Below are positions 17,485 through 27,200 of a stretch of 30,022 bases of DNA, in pieces. Numbering within the stretch: position 1 is the first letter of the stretch; each line of letters opens with the position of its first letter. Source of the stretch: a virus (taxonomy: Duplodnaviria; Caudoviricetes); the IMG/VR virus record IMGVR_UViG_3300046057_000065, positions 1 through 30,022 of that record. The stretch is one strand, 5' to 3'. The translations under genes were made by a program, and so were the position numbers. Under the pieces are notes generated by a model, which saw only the letters and a program-made list of their open reading frames with translations, was not told the DNA's origin and ran no database searches.

Positions 17485-18327
17485 CTACAGCCTGATCCGG
17501 TCACCGGCCTCGATCGCCTCGAGGTCCTCCTCGGAGAGCTCGTCGGCGAACACCGGCACAACCGAGCACCGGCAGTTGGCGATCTCGCCGACCGGCGCCG
17601 ACGGATCACCCGGGTGCGCCAGGTAGACCCCGCCGACCTCGAAGGTATTGTCGACCGTCACCACCTGGCCGTCGGCGCCCTCGTGGGAGTCACGCTGCCG
17701 GCCGTCGAGTTCCGTCACCCAGCGCTCGGCCACGACGCCGTCGGCGTCCTGGTGGGCCGAGTGACTGCCCGTGTTCGACGTCGAGATCGTCGCCGTCCGG
17801 GCCGCCCGGCGGGCGACGTGGTCCTCGAGGTGGCCGTCGAAGAACTCGCTCTGCAGCTGGTCGGTGAGTTCGTCGATCGACAGCCCCTCCTCGTGGGCCG
17901 ACCGCAGCCACCGGGTGGCGTCCTCGGTGATCGTCTCGAGGGTCGACCCCGCGGCGGTGTCGACCCAGTCGTCGAGCTCCGCGAGGGTCCGGTCGGGGAC
18001 GACGTCGAAGGAGATGTCGAGCGCGTGCCGGCGTGCTGCGAGTTCGCGGCCGGCCTGGGCGCCCTGCTCGCCGCCCTCCCGGAAGACGGTCTCGAAGTCG
18101 GCGGTGTACTCGCCGAGCCGATCGTCGAGTTCGAGCCGGATCGTCTCCAGTGTCGAGAGGTCGACCGACTCCGACTCCACCGCCCCGAGGATGTCGTCCT
18201 CGAGCGGGCCGAGCGCGCCCTGGTACTCCTCGAGGAGCCAGTTGAACGCCCGCTCGACCTCGGGGGAGAACTCCACCTTCGTGACGAGGCGGCGGTCGGT
18301 CTTCGAGATCGTCGTCACCTGGCACAT
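17485..18327 (-). CDS. Minor head morphogenesis protein (SPP1 gp7 / Mu gpF-like)
   Basis: RAART, WVTELDGRQRDSH..ADGQ, HPGDP and NCRC motifs. Confidence 0.92.
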   Translation of the reverse strand: MCQVTTISKTDRRLVTKVEFSPEVERAFNWLLEEYQGALGPLEDDILGAVESESVDLSTLETIRLELDDRLGEYTADFETVFREGGEQGAQAGRELAARRHALDISFDVVPDRTLAELDDWVDTAAGSTLETITEDATRWLRSAHEEGLSIDELTDQLQSEFFDGHLEDHVARRAARTATISTSNTGSHSAHQDADGVVAERWVTELDGRQRDSHEGADGQVVTVDNTFEVGGVYLAHPGDPSAPVGEIANCRCSVVPVFADELSEEDLEAIEAGDRIRL

Positions 18328-18334
18328 GGTCTGG

Positions 18335-19903
18335 TCAGCCCTCCGCCTCCGCTTCTGTGGTCTCGGCGCCGCCCCGGGAGAGCCGCTCGGCGGTCCGGGC
18401 GGCCGCGGCGGCTTCCTCCCGGTTCTCCTCGAGGGCGCCCTCGAGGGCAGCGCCGGGCCCGACGTCAGGCGCGAGTTCGGCTAGCGTCGCGTTCGCGATC
18501 GCGTCGCTCATCCACTCGGGCTGGGGCTCCAGGCCGAACAGTTCGCGGGCCTCCCGGACGCTCATCCCGGCCTCGAGGGCGTTCACGATGATGTTCGCGA
18601 CCTCGGCCTCCTCGCGCTCGTTCTCGGCGCCCTTCGTCTGGAACTCGATCGTCCAGTCCTCGACGTCGAGCACCTGCTGGTGGATGATCCGGAACAGCCG
18701 GCCGGCGAAGCGCTCCTGGGCCGGCTCGATCTTCTCCTTCGTGAAGTCCCGGATCGCCTCCTTGATGTTCGACCGGTTGGAGTCGGCCATCACGCCGACC
18801 AGCTGCGGCGGCACCTCGTGGACCTTCGCGATGTCGTGCTCGTTGCGCTTGCGGTACTCGGTGAACGCCTGGTCCTCCTCGCCGTGGGCCTGCAGCTGCT
18901 CGACGCGGATCCGCGCGTCACCGGTGTCGTCCCCCTCGAGGTCGATCTCCTGGTTGTCGAGTTCCTCCGCCTCGAGGACGGCGACCCGGCGTCCCTCCTG
19001 GTCGCGGAGGCCGGTGATCAGGTTCTGGATGTCCTGGCGGGAGTCGTCGGTCAGCTGGCCGCCCTCGACGATCACGAAGTACTGCCCGAGGGCATCCCAC
19101 TCGAAGAACTCGCGGTTGAACCGACGGGCCTCGTGGTCGCCGACCATCGTCTCGATCTCGCTGACCCACGTCGGGATCCCGTAGTAGAGCGCGTTCGGGT
19201 GCGGGTTCGGCACGAACAGCACCTCGTTCGCGGGGTTGTCGATCCGGTTGCGCTCGCTCGAGACGTCGCCGGTCTCCTTGTCGACGTACACCGGGTCGGC
19301 ATTCCCGTTGACGTCGGTCCGGTAGCGGTCGCCCGCCTCGGCGAAGAACCGCGTCTCGCCATCGCGCTTCTGGACGTAGCCGTGGCCCGCGACGCGCTCG
19401 TCGGTGTCGGCCGCCTTCCGCACCCGCACCGACTTCGCGGGGAGGTGGGCGAGCCCGGCCAGCTGGTCGTCGGCTGTGTAGATCAGCTCGATCGCGAGCC
19501 AGCCGATCCCGTGGTAGTCCTGGCGGGCCTGCTCGAACACCTCCGTCGGCGTCGCGACGGTCGTCCCCTTCGGCCCGATCTTCCAGATCGTCTCCCGCCC
19601 GTACCAGAAGTCCTCGGCCGTCTCGAGTTGCTCGTCGCTGGGGTCGTCGGCGCGATCGTGGGGTACCAAGTCGAAGCCGAAGCCGACCTCCCGGCTCGCC
19701 TTCTTCGCGACCGCGACCGCGTGGGTCCCGTTCAGCTCCTGGATCGCCGCGAGTTGCGACGGCGGGTACGGCGGCTCGATCCCCTGGCCGATCGTCACGC
19801 CGGCGTTGCGCTCGTCGAGTTGGGTCGTCTCCGCGACCCGATTGAGCGCCTTGTCGACGCCGATCGTCGACGCCCCCACCCGGACCCGTGAGCCGTCAGT
19901 CAT
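18335..19903 (-). CDS. Portal protein
   Basis: IEPPYPP, YYGIP, FNREFF, IAKVHEVPPQLVG..N and MSVREARE motifs; follows terL. Confidence 0.93.
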   Translation of the reverse strand: MTDGSRVRVGASTIGVDKALNRVAETTQLDERNAGVTIGQGIEPPYPPSQLAAIQELNGTHAVAVAKKASREVGFGFDLVPHDRADDPSDEQLETAEDFWYGRETIWKIGPKGTTVATPTEVFEQARQDYHGIGWLAIELIYTADDQLAGLAHLPAKSVRVRKAADTDERVAGHGYVQKRDGETRFFAEAGDRYRTDVNGNADPVYVDKETGDVSSERNRIDNPANEVLFVPNPHPNALYYGIPTWVSEIETMVGDHEARRFNREFFEWDALGQYFVIVEGGQLTDDSRQDIQNLITGLRDQEGRRVAVLEAEELDNQEIDLEGDDTGDARIRVEQLQAHGEEDQAFTEYRKRNEHDIAKVHEVPPQLVGVMADSNRSNIKEAIRDFTKEKIEPAQERFAGRLFRIIHQQVLDVEDWTIEFQTKGAENEREEAEVANIIVNALEAGMSVREARELFGLEPQPEWMSDAIANATLAELAPDVGPGAALEGALEENREEAAAAARTAERLSRGGAETTEAEAEG

Positions 19904-20018
19904 CGTCGCCTCCGCTCGAGTCGCCGCCGTCCTCGAGGGCGTCCCGGACGTCCTCGACCGTCTCCGTTCCGCCTGCGATGCCGTGCTTCTCTCGGGTATC
20001 GGATGTGTCGTCTGTCAT
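19896..20018 (-). CDS. 40-aa acidic peptide between terL and portal
   Basis: MTDDTSDTREKHGIAGG...; ATGA overlap with the terL stop and 8-nt overlap with the portal start fill the gap exactly. Confidence 0.6.
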   Translation of the reverse strand: MTDDTSDTREKHGIAGGTETVEDVRDALEDGGDSSGGDDD

Positions 20019-21646
20019 AGGTAACTCACGCCTCCGTCGCCGCCGTCCGCGTCGTCGACGTCGTCCTGATCGCCGTCGTCGACGTGGAGCCGGCGGATCG
20101 CCTTCTCCGCCATGTACCACGCCATGATCAGGTCTGGCGTGTGGCCCTCGAGCGTCCCGTTTGACATCCGCAGCGACTGGGCCGCGGTGATGAAGTCCTC
20201 GGTGCCGTCGTGGCCCCGGTAGAAGTGGATCCGGCCGTTCTCGACGAGCGTCTGCAGCCGCGGGATCCCGTTCTCGAGGGAGTGCTTCTCCGAGCCGGTG
20301 TTGAACCCGACCGTCTTCGCCGCCAGCTGGGCGTCCCACTCGATCGCCGACTCGACGATGAACTGCTGGATCCCGTTGTCCTCGATCGCCACCACCGCCG
20401 GGTCGTACCGACGGTCGAGGCCGACCAGCGTCTCCTCGACTTGGCTCGGCTTCAGCCCTTTCGCTGCGATCGCCTCAAGGAGGACTCGCGTGCCGTCCCG
20501 GCGAACCAGCCAGGACTCGAAGGCTGCGTTGTCGCCGCTCGGGCTCGAGGCGGGGTCGAACGACACGACGATCGTCTCGCCGGGCCCCGCGCGGTACTGC
20601 TGTGGCGGTGAGCGCCCGCGGATCGAGCAGCCGCCTTCGTCGACGGGCTTGTCGATATCGGGCTTGTCGACGAGGTCACCCTCGGCACCAGAGAGTACGA
20701 GGCAGTACGCGCGTTGGAACATCTGCGATCCGGTCTTCCCCCGCTTCTCGCGTAGGAAGTCCGGGCCCCGCGCCTCGGGCCAGAGCACCTGGATGGTGTC
20801 ATCGCCGTCCGAGAGCGGGTTCTCGAGGTCGGTGTAGAGCTCCGGGTCCGGCCGGCGCTGCTGCCAGTCCGCATCGGCGCCGTACTCTTGGTCCCAGAAG
20901 TCGAGCACGAGCGGGTACTCGTAGAGTGGGAACTCCGTCTCCGCTCTGATGTACTCGTAGATATCGTCGGGGCGCTTCCGCGTCCCGATGAACACCTCCT
21001 GGGAATCGCGCTTCCCGATCGGCATTGCAGCGCCGGTGATCCACTGCCAGATATCGTGAGTGTCGCCATCGCCCTTCTCCTTGATAACGTCATCGAACAC
21101 GATGAGGTCTGCTCGCGCGCCTTCGAGGCCACCGAACAGCCATGCCGAGTTGAACGTCGAGCCGTTCGGGAACACCTTCGTCTGGATCGTATCCTCCTGG
21201 CGGACGTCCTCCTGAAGGTTCATTAGCCACGGCGAGCGACGGACCAGCTTGTTGAACTCGCGGTCGGCTTTGTCCTTCGCCTGGTCCTGGGTGTTCGTGA
21301 TCCAGAGGGCAGTGAAGCCGGGATCGTACTCGAGGCGGCCGGCGATGTACGTCAGAATGGTAAACGTCTTCAGCGCGTACCGGTGGGCGAGTAGCGCGAA
21401 GTCCTCACCCGCTGCGAACCGCTCGATCCAGTCGTAGTGCTGGGGGCCCAGCGGGACGAACTCGTCTGCCTCCTCGGCCATGTAGTCCTCCGAGACTCGA
21501 TTCGCGAACACCGACCAGGGACAGCCGTCGAGCGGGTTGAGGACTTTCCGCTGGACGGCCGGGTGTTCGTACTCCCGCCAGATCTCCTCGGCCTGTCGCT
21601 CTGGATCGAGCTCGTGCATCGTCGACGTCGCTCCGTCAGTTGTCAT
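20015..21646 (-). CDS. terL: Terminase large subunit (about 543 aa)
   Basis: Deviant Walker A HRYALKT, Walker B LIVFDD, coupling motif IGTR, LWPE, nuclease SFDPA ... IEDNG.Q ... TPDLIMA. Confidence 0.92.
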   Translation of the reverse strand: MTTDGATSTMHELDPERQAEEIWREYEHPAVQRKVLNPLDGCPWSVFANRVSEDYMAEEADEFVPLGPQHYDWIERFAAGEDFALLAHRYALKTFTILTYIAGRLEYDPGFTALWITNTQDQAKDKADREFNKLVRRSPWLMNLQEDVRQEDTIQTKVFPNGSTFNSAWLFGGLEGARADLIVFDDVIKEKGDGDTHDIWQWITGAAMPIGKRDSQEVFIGTRKRPDDIYEYIRAETEFPLYEYPLVLDFWDQEYGADADWQQRRPDPELYTDLENPLSDGDDTIQVLWPEARGPDFLREKRGKTGSQMFQRAYCLVLSGAEGDLVDKPDIDKPVDEGGCSIRGRSPPQQYRAGPGETIVVSFDPASSPSGDNAAFESWLVRRDGTRVLLEAIAAKGLKPSQVEETLVGLDRRYDPAVVAIEDNGIQQFIVESAIEWDAQLAAKTVGFNTGSEKHSLENGIPRLQTLVENGRIHFYRGHDGTEDFITAAQSLRMSNGTLEGHTPDLIMAWYMAEKAIRRLHVDDGDQDDVDDADGGDGGVSYL

Positions 21647-22367
21647 CGTCACCACCCTGCTGGTACCGCTGGCGGAGCGTCTCCCGGAGGAGTTCCTTTG
21701 TGTCATCGTCGACGGTGACTTCCGAGTCGGTCTCGAGGGACCCCTCGACTTCGAGGCGATCCTTGTAGACGCCGAGGGCCTCCCCCTTCGCCTGGAGGTG
21801 TTTAGACTGCTCCTGCCGCGCCATTGCCTGCCCTTTCAGGTCGGGCCGATCTCGCTCGAGGCCGTCGAACTCCTTCGTGTAGCGTGGCGACCCGTCGGCG
21901 GCGCGCAGCGGGTAGGACTCGCCCGGCATCACCGACGTTTCACGGTCAAGGAAGCGAATGATGACGTCGCGCTCGGTCGCCCACTCCGGCCAGTCCTCAT
22001 CCCCAGGCTCGACGATCTCCCACGCCGGCCACGTCAGCGGCGACTCGCGATCGGTCGAGACGGCATCGGTCTTCGGGACGACCCTGACGATTGGCTCATC
22101 CTCGAGCGCTTTCGACTCTGCCTTGCGAGCACGTTGGTACAGTTCCTCCTCGCGTTCGGCGATCTGGAGGCGCGTGTTCGCGTGCTCCTGCTCGATCTGC
22201 TCGAGGACTTCTTCGGCGGGCTCCTCGTTGAGGTAGCCTCGGATTGTCGACCGAGCGTAGGAGCCGATCCCCTCGTCCTCGAAACGGGCCTGGATCTCCC
22301 CGACGCCGAGGTTGTCAAGGTGGTGCCACTTGAGGGCGAGAGTGACGCGGCGTTGTTTTGTACTCAT
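21636..22367 (-). CDS. terS: Terminase small subunit (putative)
   Basis: N-terminal HTH (EIQARF...YARSTIRGYL), helical core, C-terminal LGVYKDRLEVEG; immediately upstream of terL. Confidence 0.75.
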   Translation of the reverse strand: MSTKQRRVTLALKWHHLDNLGVGEIQARFEDEGIGSYARSTIRGYLNEEPAEEVLEQIEQEHANTRLQIAEREEELYQRARKAESKALEDEPIVRVVPKTDAVSTDRESPLTWPAWEIVEPGDEDWPEWATERDVIIRFLDRETSVMPGESYPLRAADGSPRYTKEFDGLERDRPDLKGQAMARQEQSKHLQAKGEALGVYKDRLEVEGSLETDSEVTVDDDTKELLRETLRQRYQQGGDDDN

Positions 22368-22400
22368 TGGTTCGAAAAGCGTTCTCCTGTGTTCAGCTGT

Positions 22401-22417
22401 AATTTATACTTTAAATA
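22401..22417 (-). promoter_or_regulatory. Putative TATA box for the packaging/head operon
   Basis: Minus-strand TATTTAAAGTATAAATT, an AT island 34-50 nt upstream of the terS ATG. Confidence 0.55.
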
Positions 22418-22423
22418 GGGTAG

Positions 22424-22738
22424 TCAGTCATCGCGATCCTCGATCGTCTCGAGATCAAGTTCGGTCAGAGCCTGCTTGGCGGCGAGCCACTCGCCGACTT
22501 CGATTCCGTTGAGGACGGCGAGTGCGACGACCGCGGATGACCCGATGAGCGTCGGGTCGCCACCCATATTGATCGCGTACCACGCAATCCCGGCGACGAG
22601 GACGTTCGTCGTGATCGCCCGGACGACTTTGAGATGCTGCAGCATCCGGAGATCACCGCCAGTCCGTTCGATCGCCTTGTAGGCCTCGACGAGCTCGTCG
22701 TAGCAGTACCAGGGCCGGGATGATTGTCTCGTACTCAT
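22424..22738 (-). CDS. Small membrane protein (104 aa, about 2 TM)
   Basis: Hydrophobic hairpin AITTNVLVAGIAWYAINMGGDPTLIGSSAVVALAVLNG; ATGA overlap with the upstream gene. Confidence 0.78.
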   Translation of the reverse strand: MSTRQSSRPWYCYDELVEAYKAIERTGGDLRMLQHLKVVRAITTNVLVAGIAWYAINMGGDPTLIGSSAVVALAVLNGIEVGEWLAAKQALTELDLETIEDRDD

Positions 22739-23004
22739 GACCCATCGTTTCCTCCGGAATCGCCGTCGGACTGGAGTTCGTCGACGGCTTCGACGCCCTC
22801 TCCCATCGCATCGTCCCAGAGGTAGTACCCCGCGCCGACGGCGATCGCGACGGCGCCGAGCAAGATCAGCGAGTCCGGTTGCCGACCGGTCCACTCCATC
22901 GCCAGCCACGTCCCGAAGAACGCGAGGAGGATGATACCGGCGATGCCGGTCTTCAGAAGTCGTCTGTGGCCTGTACGTGCGTCGGAGGGAGTCTTGTCGG
23001 TCAT
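22735..23004 (-). CDS. Holin-like 2-TM protein (89 aa)
   Basis: Basic N-terminus (HRRLLK), two TM helices, acidic C-tail; holin function is inference. Confidence 0.75.
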   Translation of the reverse strand: MTDKTPSDARTGHRRLLKTGIAGIILLAFFGTWLAMEWTGRQPDSLILLGAVAIAVGAGYYLWDDAMGEGVEAVDELQSDGDSGGNDGS

Positions 23005-23006
23005 GG

Positions 23007-23396
23007 TTATGAAAGGATCCCGAGGATGTAGGCCTCAAACACCCAGTCTAATGGAGTGTGCTTGTAGAGCGAGTGCGACACCCAGTCGTCCCACATCGCA
23101 TAGACGCCGAACGCTGCGACCCAGAACGACGGCCGAGAGGCGTAGCGCTTGAATCGGACGAGGCCGACCGTCGCGATCGCCGTCCCGAGAAATGCACCTG
23201 CAGCGCCGGCGACGGTGTAGTACCGCCAGATCATGATGAACGAAAAGAGCCCAACACTGACACCCAGCGAAAGGAGGAGTGGTTCCCTGTCGGTGAACCG
23301 ATCCCAGGCGTACGTCGCAGCCCAGAGGGCGAGGATCGCTCCCCAGGTGAAATGATGCGGGGCGAGCGTCGCACCGTCCGGCTGCGCCTCGAGCAT
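23007..23396 (-). CDS. 4-TM membrane protein with HH and DDxxxH motifs (129 aa)
   Basis: PHHFTWG in TM1 and MWDDWVSH after TM4; start overlaps the upstream stop (GTGATG). Confidence 0.8.
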   Translation of the reverse strand: MLEAQPDGATLAPHHFTWGAILALWAATYAWDRFTDREPLLLSLGVSVGLFSFIMIWRYYTVAGAAGAFLGTAIATVGLVRFKRYASRPSFWVAAFGVYAMWDDWVSHSLYKHTPLDWVFEAYILGILS

Positions 23397-23923
23397 CACG
23401 ATCGCCTCGCTTTGCGAACACCGAGTTTCACGGCCCGCCGGAACAGTTCCGTGTCGTAGCCCTGGAGCGTGTCCCGTTCCTTCCCTGCGCGAACGGTCTT
23501 TCGAAGCATCCGCTCGTCGACGGCGACGCCGGCCTCTCGAAGCCGCTCGATCAGCGGTGTGGTAAGCCAAAGCGCCTGGATCTTCGAGAGCGTCTCCGAC
23601 TCGGCCCAGCAGCCGATCCGCGAGCAGCTTCGGCAGGTCGTCTTTGGAACGCCGCGCTGGATCTCGCCATACATGGCCTGGCCCTGGGCGGTCGGGCAGG
23701 GATCTCGCGAGTCGACGTCCTGCTCAAGCGTTGCGCGGGCAGTCCGGTGGTGGTCCTGAACGTCGAGCGGCTCGGCGCGTCGATCGAGGCGGGCCTCATC
23801 GATGTCCTTCACGTGCTCGAAACAGCCGTTGCAGACCCGCGGGTTGTGCCAGATCAGTCGATCGAACGCCTCGCCCGGCGAGACGTGCCCGTCTGTGGGG
23901 TCGGGAGAAGTTGTCGTACTCAT
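23396..23923 (-). CDS. Cys-rich (Zn-binding) hypothetical protein, first gene of the late region
   Basis: CNGCF and CRSCSRIGC motifs; 175 aa. Confidence 0.78.
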   Translation of the reverse strand: MSTTTSPDPTDGHVSPGEAFDRLIWHNPRVCNGCFEHVKDIDEARLDRRAEPLDVQDHHRTARATLEQDVDSRDPCPTAQGQAMYGEIQRGVPKTTCRSCSRIGCWAESETLSKIQALWLTTPLIERLREAGVAVDERMLRKTVRAGKERDTLQGYDTELFRRAVKLGVRKARRS

Positions 23924-24033
23924 GGTGAGAATAGCGTCGCTGCAGGGCGGACGACGATCACGGCCGCCGACGAGCGTCGGCGACTCCCGCGCCCTGTTGC
24001 GATCCGTTACCAGAAAATTTGGTTGCAGATTAC

Positions 24034-24285
24034 TTACGATTGCTGGCCTGCATAAATATTATAAAGAACTTTCCGAGCGTCGCCGGAATCGCGCGTCTTA
24101 GACAAATTGCACTGTCCTCCGAGCCGATCTAAAGCGAACCGAACAGTCGGCTCGGGGAGGTTCGTTCGATCGATCAGCTGGGCGACTGTGAGCGGGCCTT
24201 CGCGATCGAGGACGTCGTAGACGTAGTTGGCACTGGGCGGCAGGTCCTCACGGGCGTCGTCGTGACCGGCCGTTTGGTCAGTCAC
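24034..24285 (-). CDS. Archaeal winged-HTH regulator (83 aa from GTG 24285)
   Basis: LPPSANYVYDVLDREGPLT...TNLPEPTVRFALDRL...DARKVLY matches the haloarchaeal LPPSA-type wHTH pattern. Confidence 0.82.
   Translation of the reverse strand: MTDQTAGHDDAREDLPPSANYVYDVLDREGPLTVAQLIDRTNLPEPTVRFALDRLGGQCNLSKTRDSGDARKVLYNIYAGQQS
24058..24074 (-). promoter_or_regulatory. Putative BRE-TATA late promoter
   Basis: Minus-strand GGAAAGTTCTTTATAAT (purine-rich BRE plus TTTATAA) inside the 3' end of the wHTH gene. Confidence 0.6.
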
Positions 24286-27200
24286 TTGGGGGGTCACCCG
24301 TACTGGCCGCCGATTGCCAGTCCCACTCACCACCTCCGGACTCGGTCGTTGCCGTCTCCTCGTGTTCAGTCGACACAGTGGGGTCCCGAATCGCCAACGA
24401 CCACGTATAGGAGTCCAATACGTGATCGTTGGTGGTTAGTTGCGACGTGGTATCGACGACGCCGGCGTTCGGCGCCCCACTGTCGGCATACACGGTCGCG
24501 CCGTGGTCGCCCGCCTTCTCGAAGGCTTGCACGGCGGGGTTTCCAAACTCGTCATCACAAAGCCGTTTGAGCGTCGTCCGGACGTGCTCTTTCGAGCAAC
24601 CGACTGACTCCGCGATCTCCCGTGCGGTCTTCGTTCCAGCGTCACTGCGGAGCGCGTCGACGATCTCGCGCTGTGTGTCGGTGAACACCCACTCGACGCC
24701 CGGCACCTCGACGTCGGCGAGACCGGCGGGCATCGCATCGGTTCGGACGAACACAGTTGCGTGGGAGTCGTCCTCGCCGGGATCACGGGCGTACCGGCCC
24801 GCGGCCTGGGCAGTGTGGTTCTCGCGAACGCTCGCGAGGATCTCCTGGGCGACGTCGGCGTCGGGCCCTGAGAACGTGCGACCAGATTCGCGCTGCTCAC
24901 CGGTGCCGTCACAGGCGTCACATCCCTCGTCGTGCGTACTACACGTGTCTATCTCGCAATGGCCGTCACATGTCCCTGTTCCCTCGCAGTGGCCACAGTC
25001 GACGATCGTTGGCTCAGCGTCGAGATCAAGTTCGGCAAGGAGGTCGACGACGAACTTATCGCCGGGGTCGAGACACCCGTTCACCAGCCCAATCCGTTCC
25101 TGTGCAAAGTCGTTCCGAGACTTCTCGGAACCGTAGGTCATCACGTCCGGTTGGGTACAGCCGGCGTCCTGCATGAGCGTTTCGAGGCGGTCCTCGACGT
25201 TTTTGGTAGTGAGCGCCGTCCGGAAGTTGTCCCCATACTCGTCGACGAGATGTTCACAGAGGGCCTGGGCCTTCCCTTCGTTGAAGTACTTCCCGCTCGC
25301 GAGCGGCCGGGTTGCATCGCCCACCTGGACGACGCGAAGGCCGCGCTCGAAACGCCGCCAGAGCTGTCGCTCTTCGGAGTCGAGGACGTCCTTGATCTGG
25401 ATACTCGGATGAACGTTTACCATCCACTTCGGGCGGGCGGGCCAGGCGTCGAGGCCGACCACGCTGCGAGCCTGCGAGAAGTCCGGCGCCGACCGGACGG
25501 TCCGCAGCTCATTGTCATCGTCGAGCGTGACGCTCACCCACTCACGGTTCCAGGCGTCGTCGTCGACGGCCTGGGCGTCGAGGCGCGGCGGCTCGTGGGG
25601 CGTCTTCCCGAAGCGCCGGCCGTTGCCGCGTTCCTCGGCGTTGAAGATCGCCCGCGCCAGCGCCGGCGCCAGCGTGTGGGCTCGATCGTCTTCGAAGTAG
25701 TGTTCGAGCGGCGGCTCCTGGTGGAGCGCATCGCGCAGCTGCTCGCGCTCCGCTGCGGCGTCGGTCCCGTACTGGTCGTTCAGGGAGAGCTGGATGAACG
25801 CCTCCCAGGTCGTAACCGGTGCGTCGATCGCCTGGAGGTAGGCGGTAACCGCTCGCTCGACGCGGTTCTTTTCGAGATCCTCGACGAAGCCAGGCTCCTC
25901 GTCGATCACGAGGTTCGTCCCGAGGCGAAGTCCTGGGACGTGGGCAAAGTTGTGGGTCGCGAAGACGACGTCGACGTCGTCGCGAACAGCGCGGTAGGAC
26001 TCCCACTGCGAGATCGCGCGGCACGTCGACGGCGTCTCGTCGAAGTCGCCCTCCTCTTCGTCGTACGTCGTCTCACCAGAGCAGCACGGCAGGTCGACGC
26101 CCTGGTCGTTGTGCTCCTCGAGGCGCCGGTGGGCCGCGGAGAACGGGATACCCCTGCCTTCGCACATATCCGCGAGCCACTCGGAGGCGGCCGTCCCGTT
26201 CATCGTGATCGGCGTGTACTCGAGCTCCTCGTCGGCATCCGTAGCGGGCGGATCATAGTCACCGGCGGCGACATCGCACGCCTCATGCCGGGACTGCAGC
26301 GCGAAGTAGTCGACGTCGGCCTCGCGAGCGGCCTCAATCGCCTCGTCGCGAGCGTCCCGCGTCGCGTGAAGGTGGACGACGGGCGCGTTCCCGGTGATGC
26401 CGTCAAGCGTCTGGTCGTTGTTCCAGGGCGTCGTCGCGACGGTGTGGGACTTCCCCAGCGACGTCGGCGCGTCGACGACGGCGGTGTCCTGGTTGCGCAT
26501 CACTTCGGTGATCGTCGCGAACAGTTCGTCGCGAGCCTCGCGCGTCGATGGCCAGTCGAGACCGCGCTTCTTCGCCGCCCGCTTGCGCTCGTGGTGGTCG
26601 AGCGCTTCGAGCTGCCCGAGCGGGAGCGCACTCGTCGGTTGTGCTGACCCCTCGGTTTCGCCTCCGGAATCTGGTTCGTACTCGGGGATCGCGAAGCCAA
26701 GCTCGCGGAGTTCCTCGAGACCGCGGAACCAATCGGCGCCCTTCGCGATCTTCCCCCGCGTCCAGCCACCTGCCGCGATCAACGCCATCTCGACGACCGT
26801 CCCGTGGTCACCGTTGGCAGTGTCGACCCACGTCCCTTTCTCGTCGATATAGTTCGCGTTGCCCGACTCGTAGTTCGTTCCCCAGAGAGGGATAAACGCC
26901 TTCTTCCCATCGCCGGAGTGGTCCTCGGCTTCGCTGACATTCTCAGTCCAGCGGTGGACGATCGTCTTCTCGGCGACCTCGAACGCATCGAGGTTCTCCA
27001 CCGCACGGTAGATCTCGTCGAGGTTATCGGTTGAACCGGAGTTCACATCGTCAGCCGTGTTGGTGCCAACTGGTTCGCCCGTTTCGAGTTCAGCACGACG
27101 GGCAGCCTGCAGTCGGTCCTGTTCGCGCTGGGTTTCAACCCAGCGCTCAAGGGCAGCCTGCCAGTCACCGGTCTCCTGGAACTCGTCCGGCCAGAGCGTC

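Noticed and set aside
4564-22367. Gene transfer agent interpretation
   Set aside because: The element has its own replicase, regulators, cargo and tRNA adjacency, which fit a provirus better.
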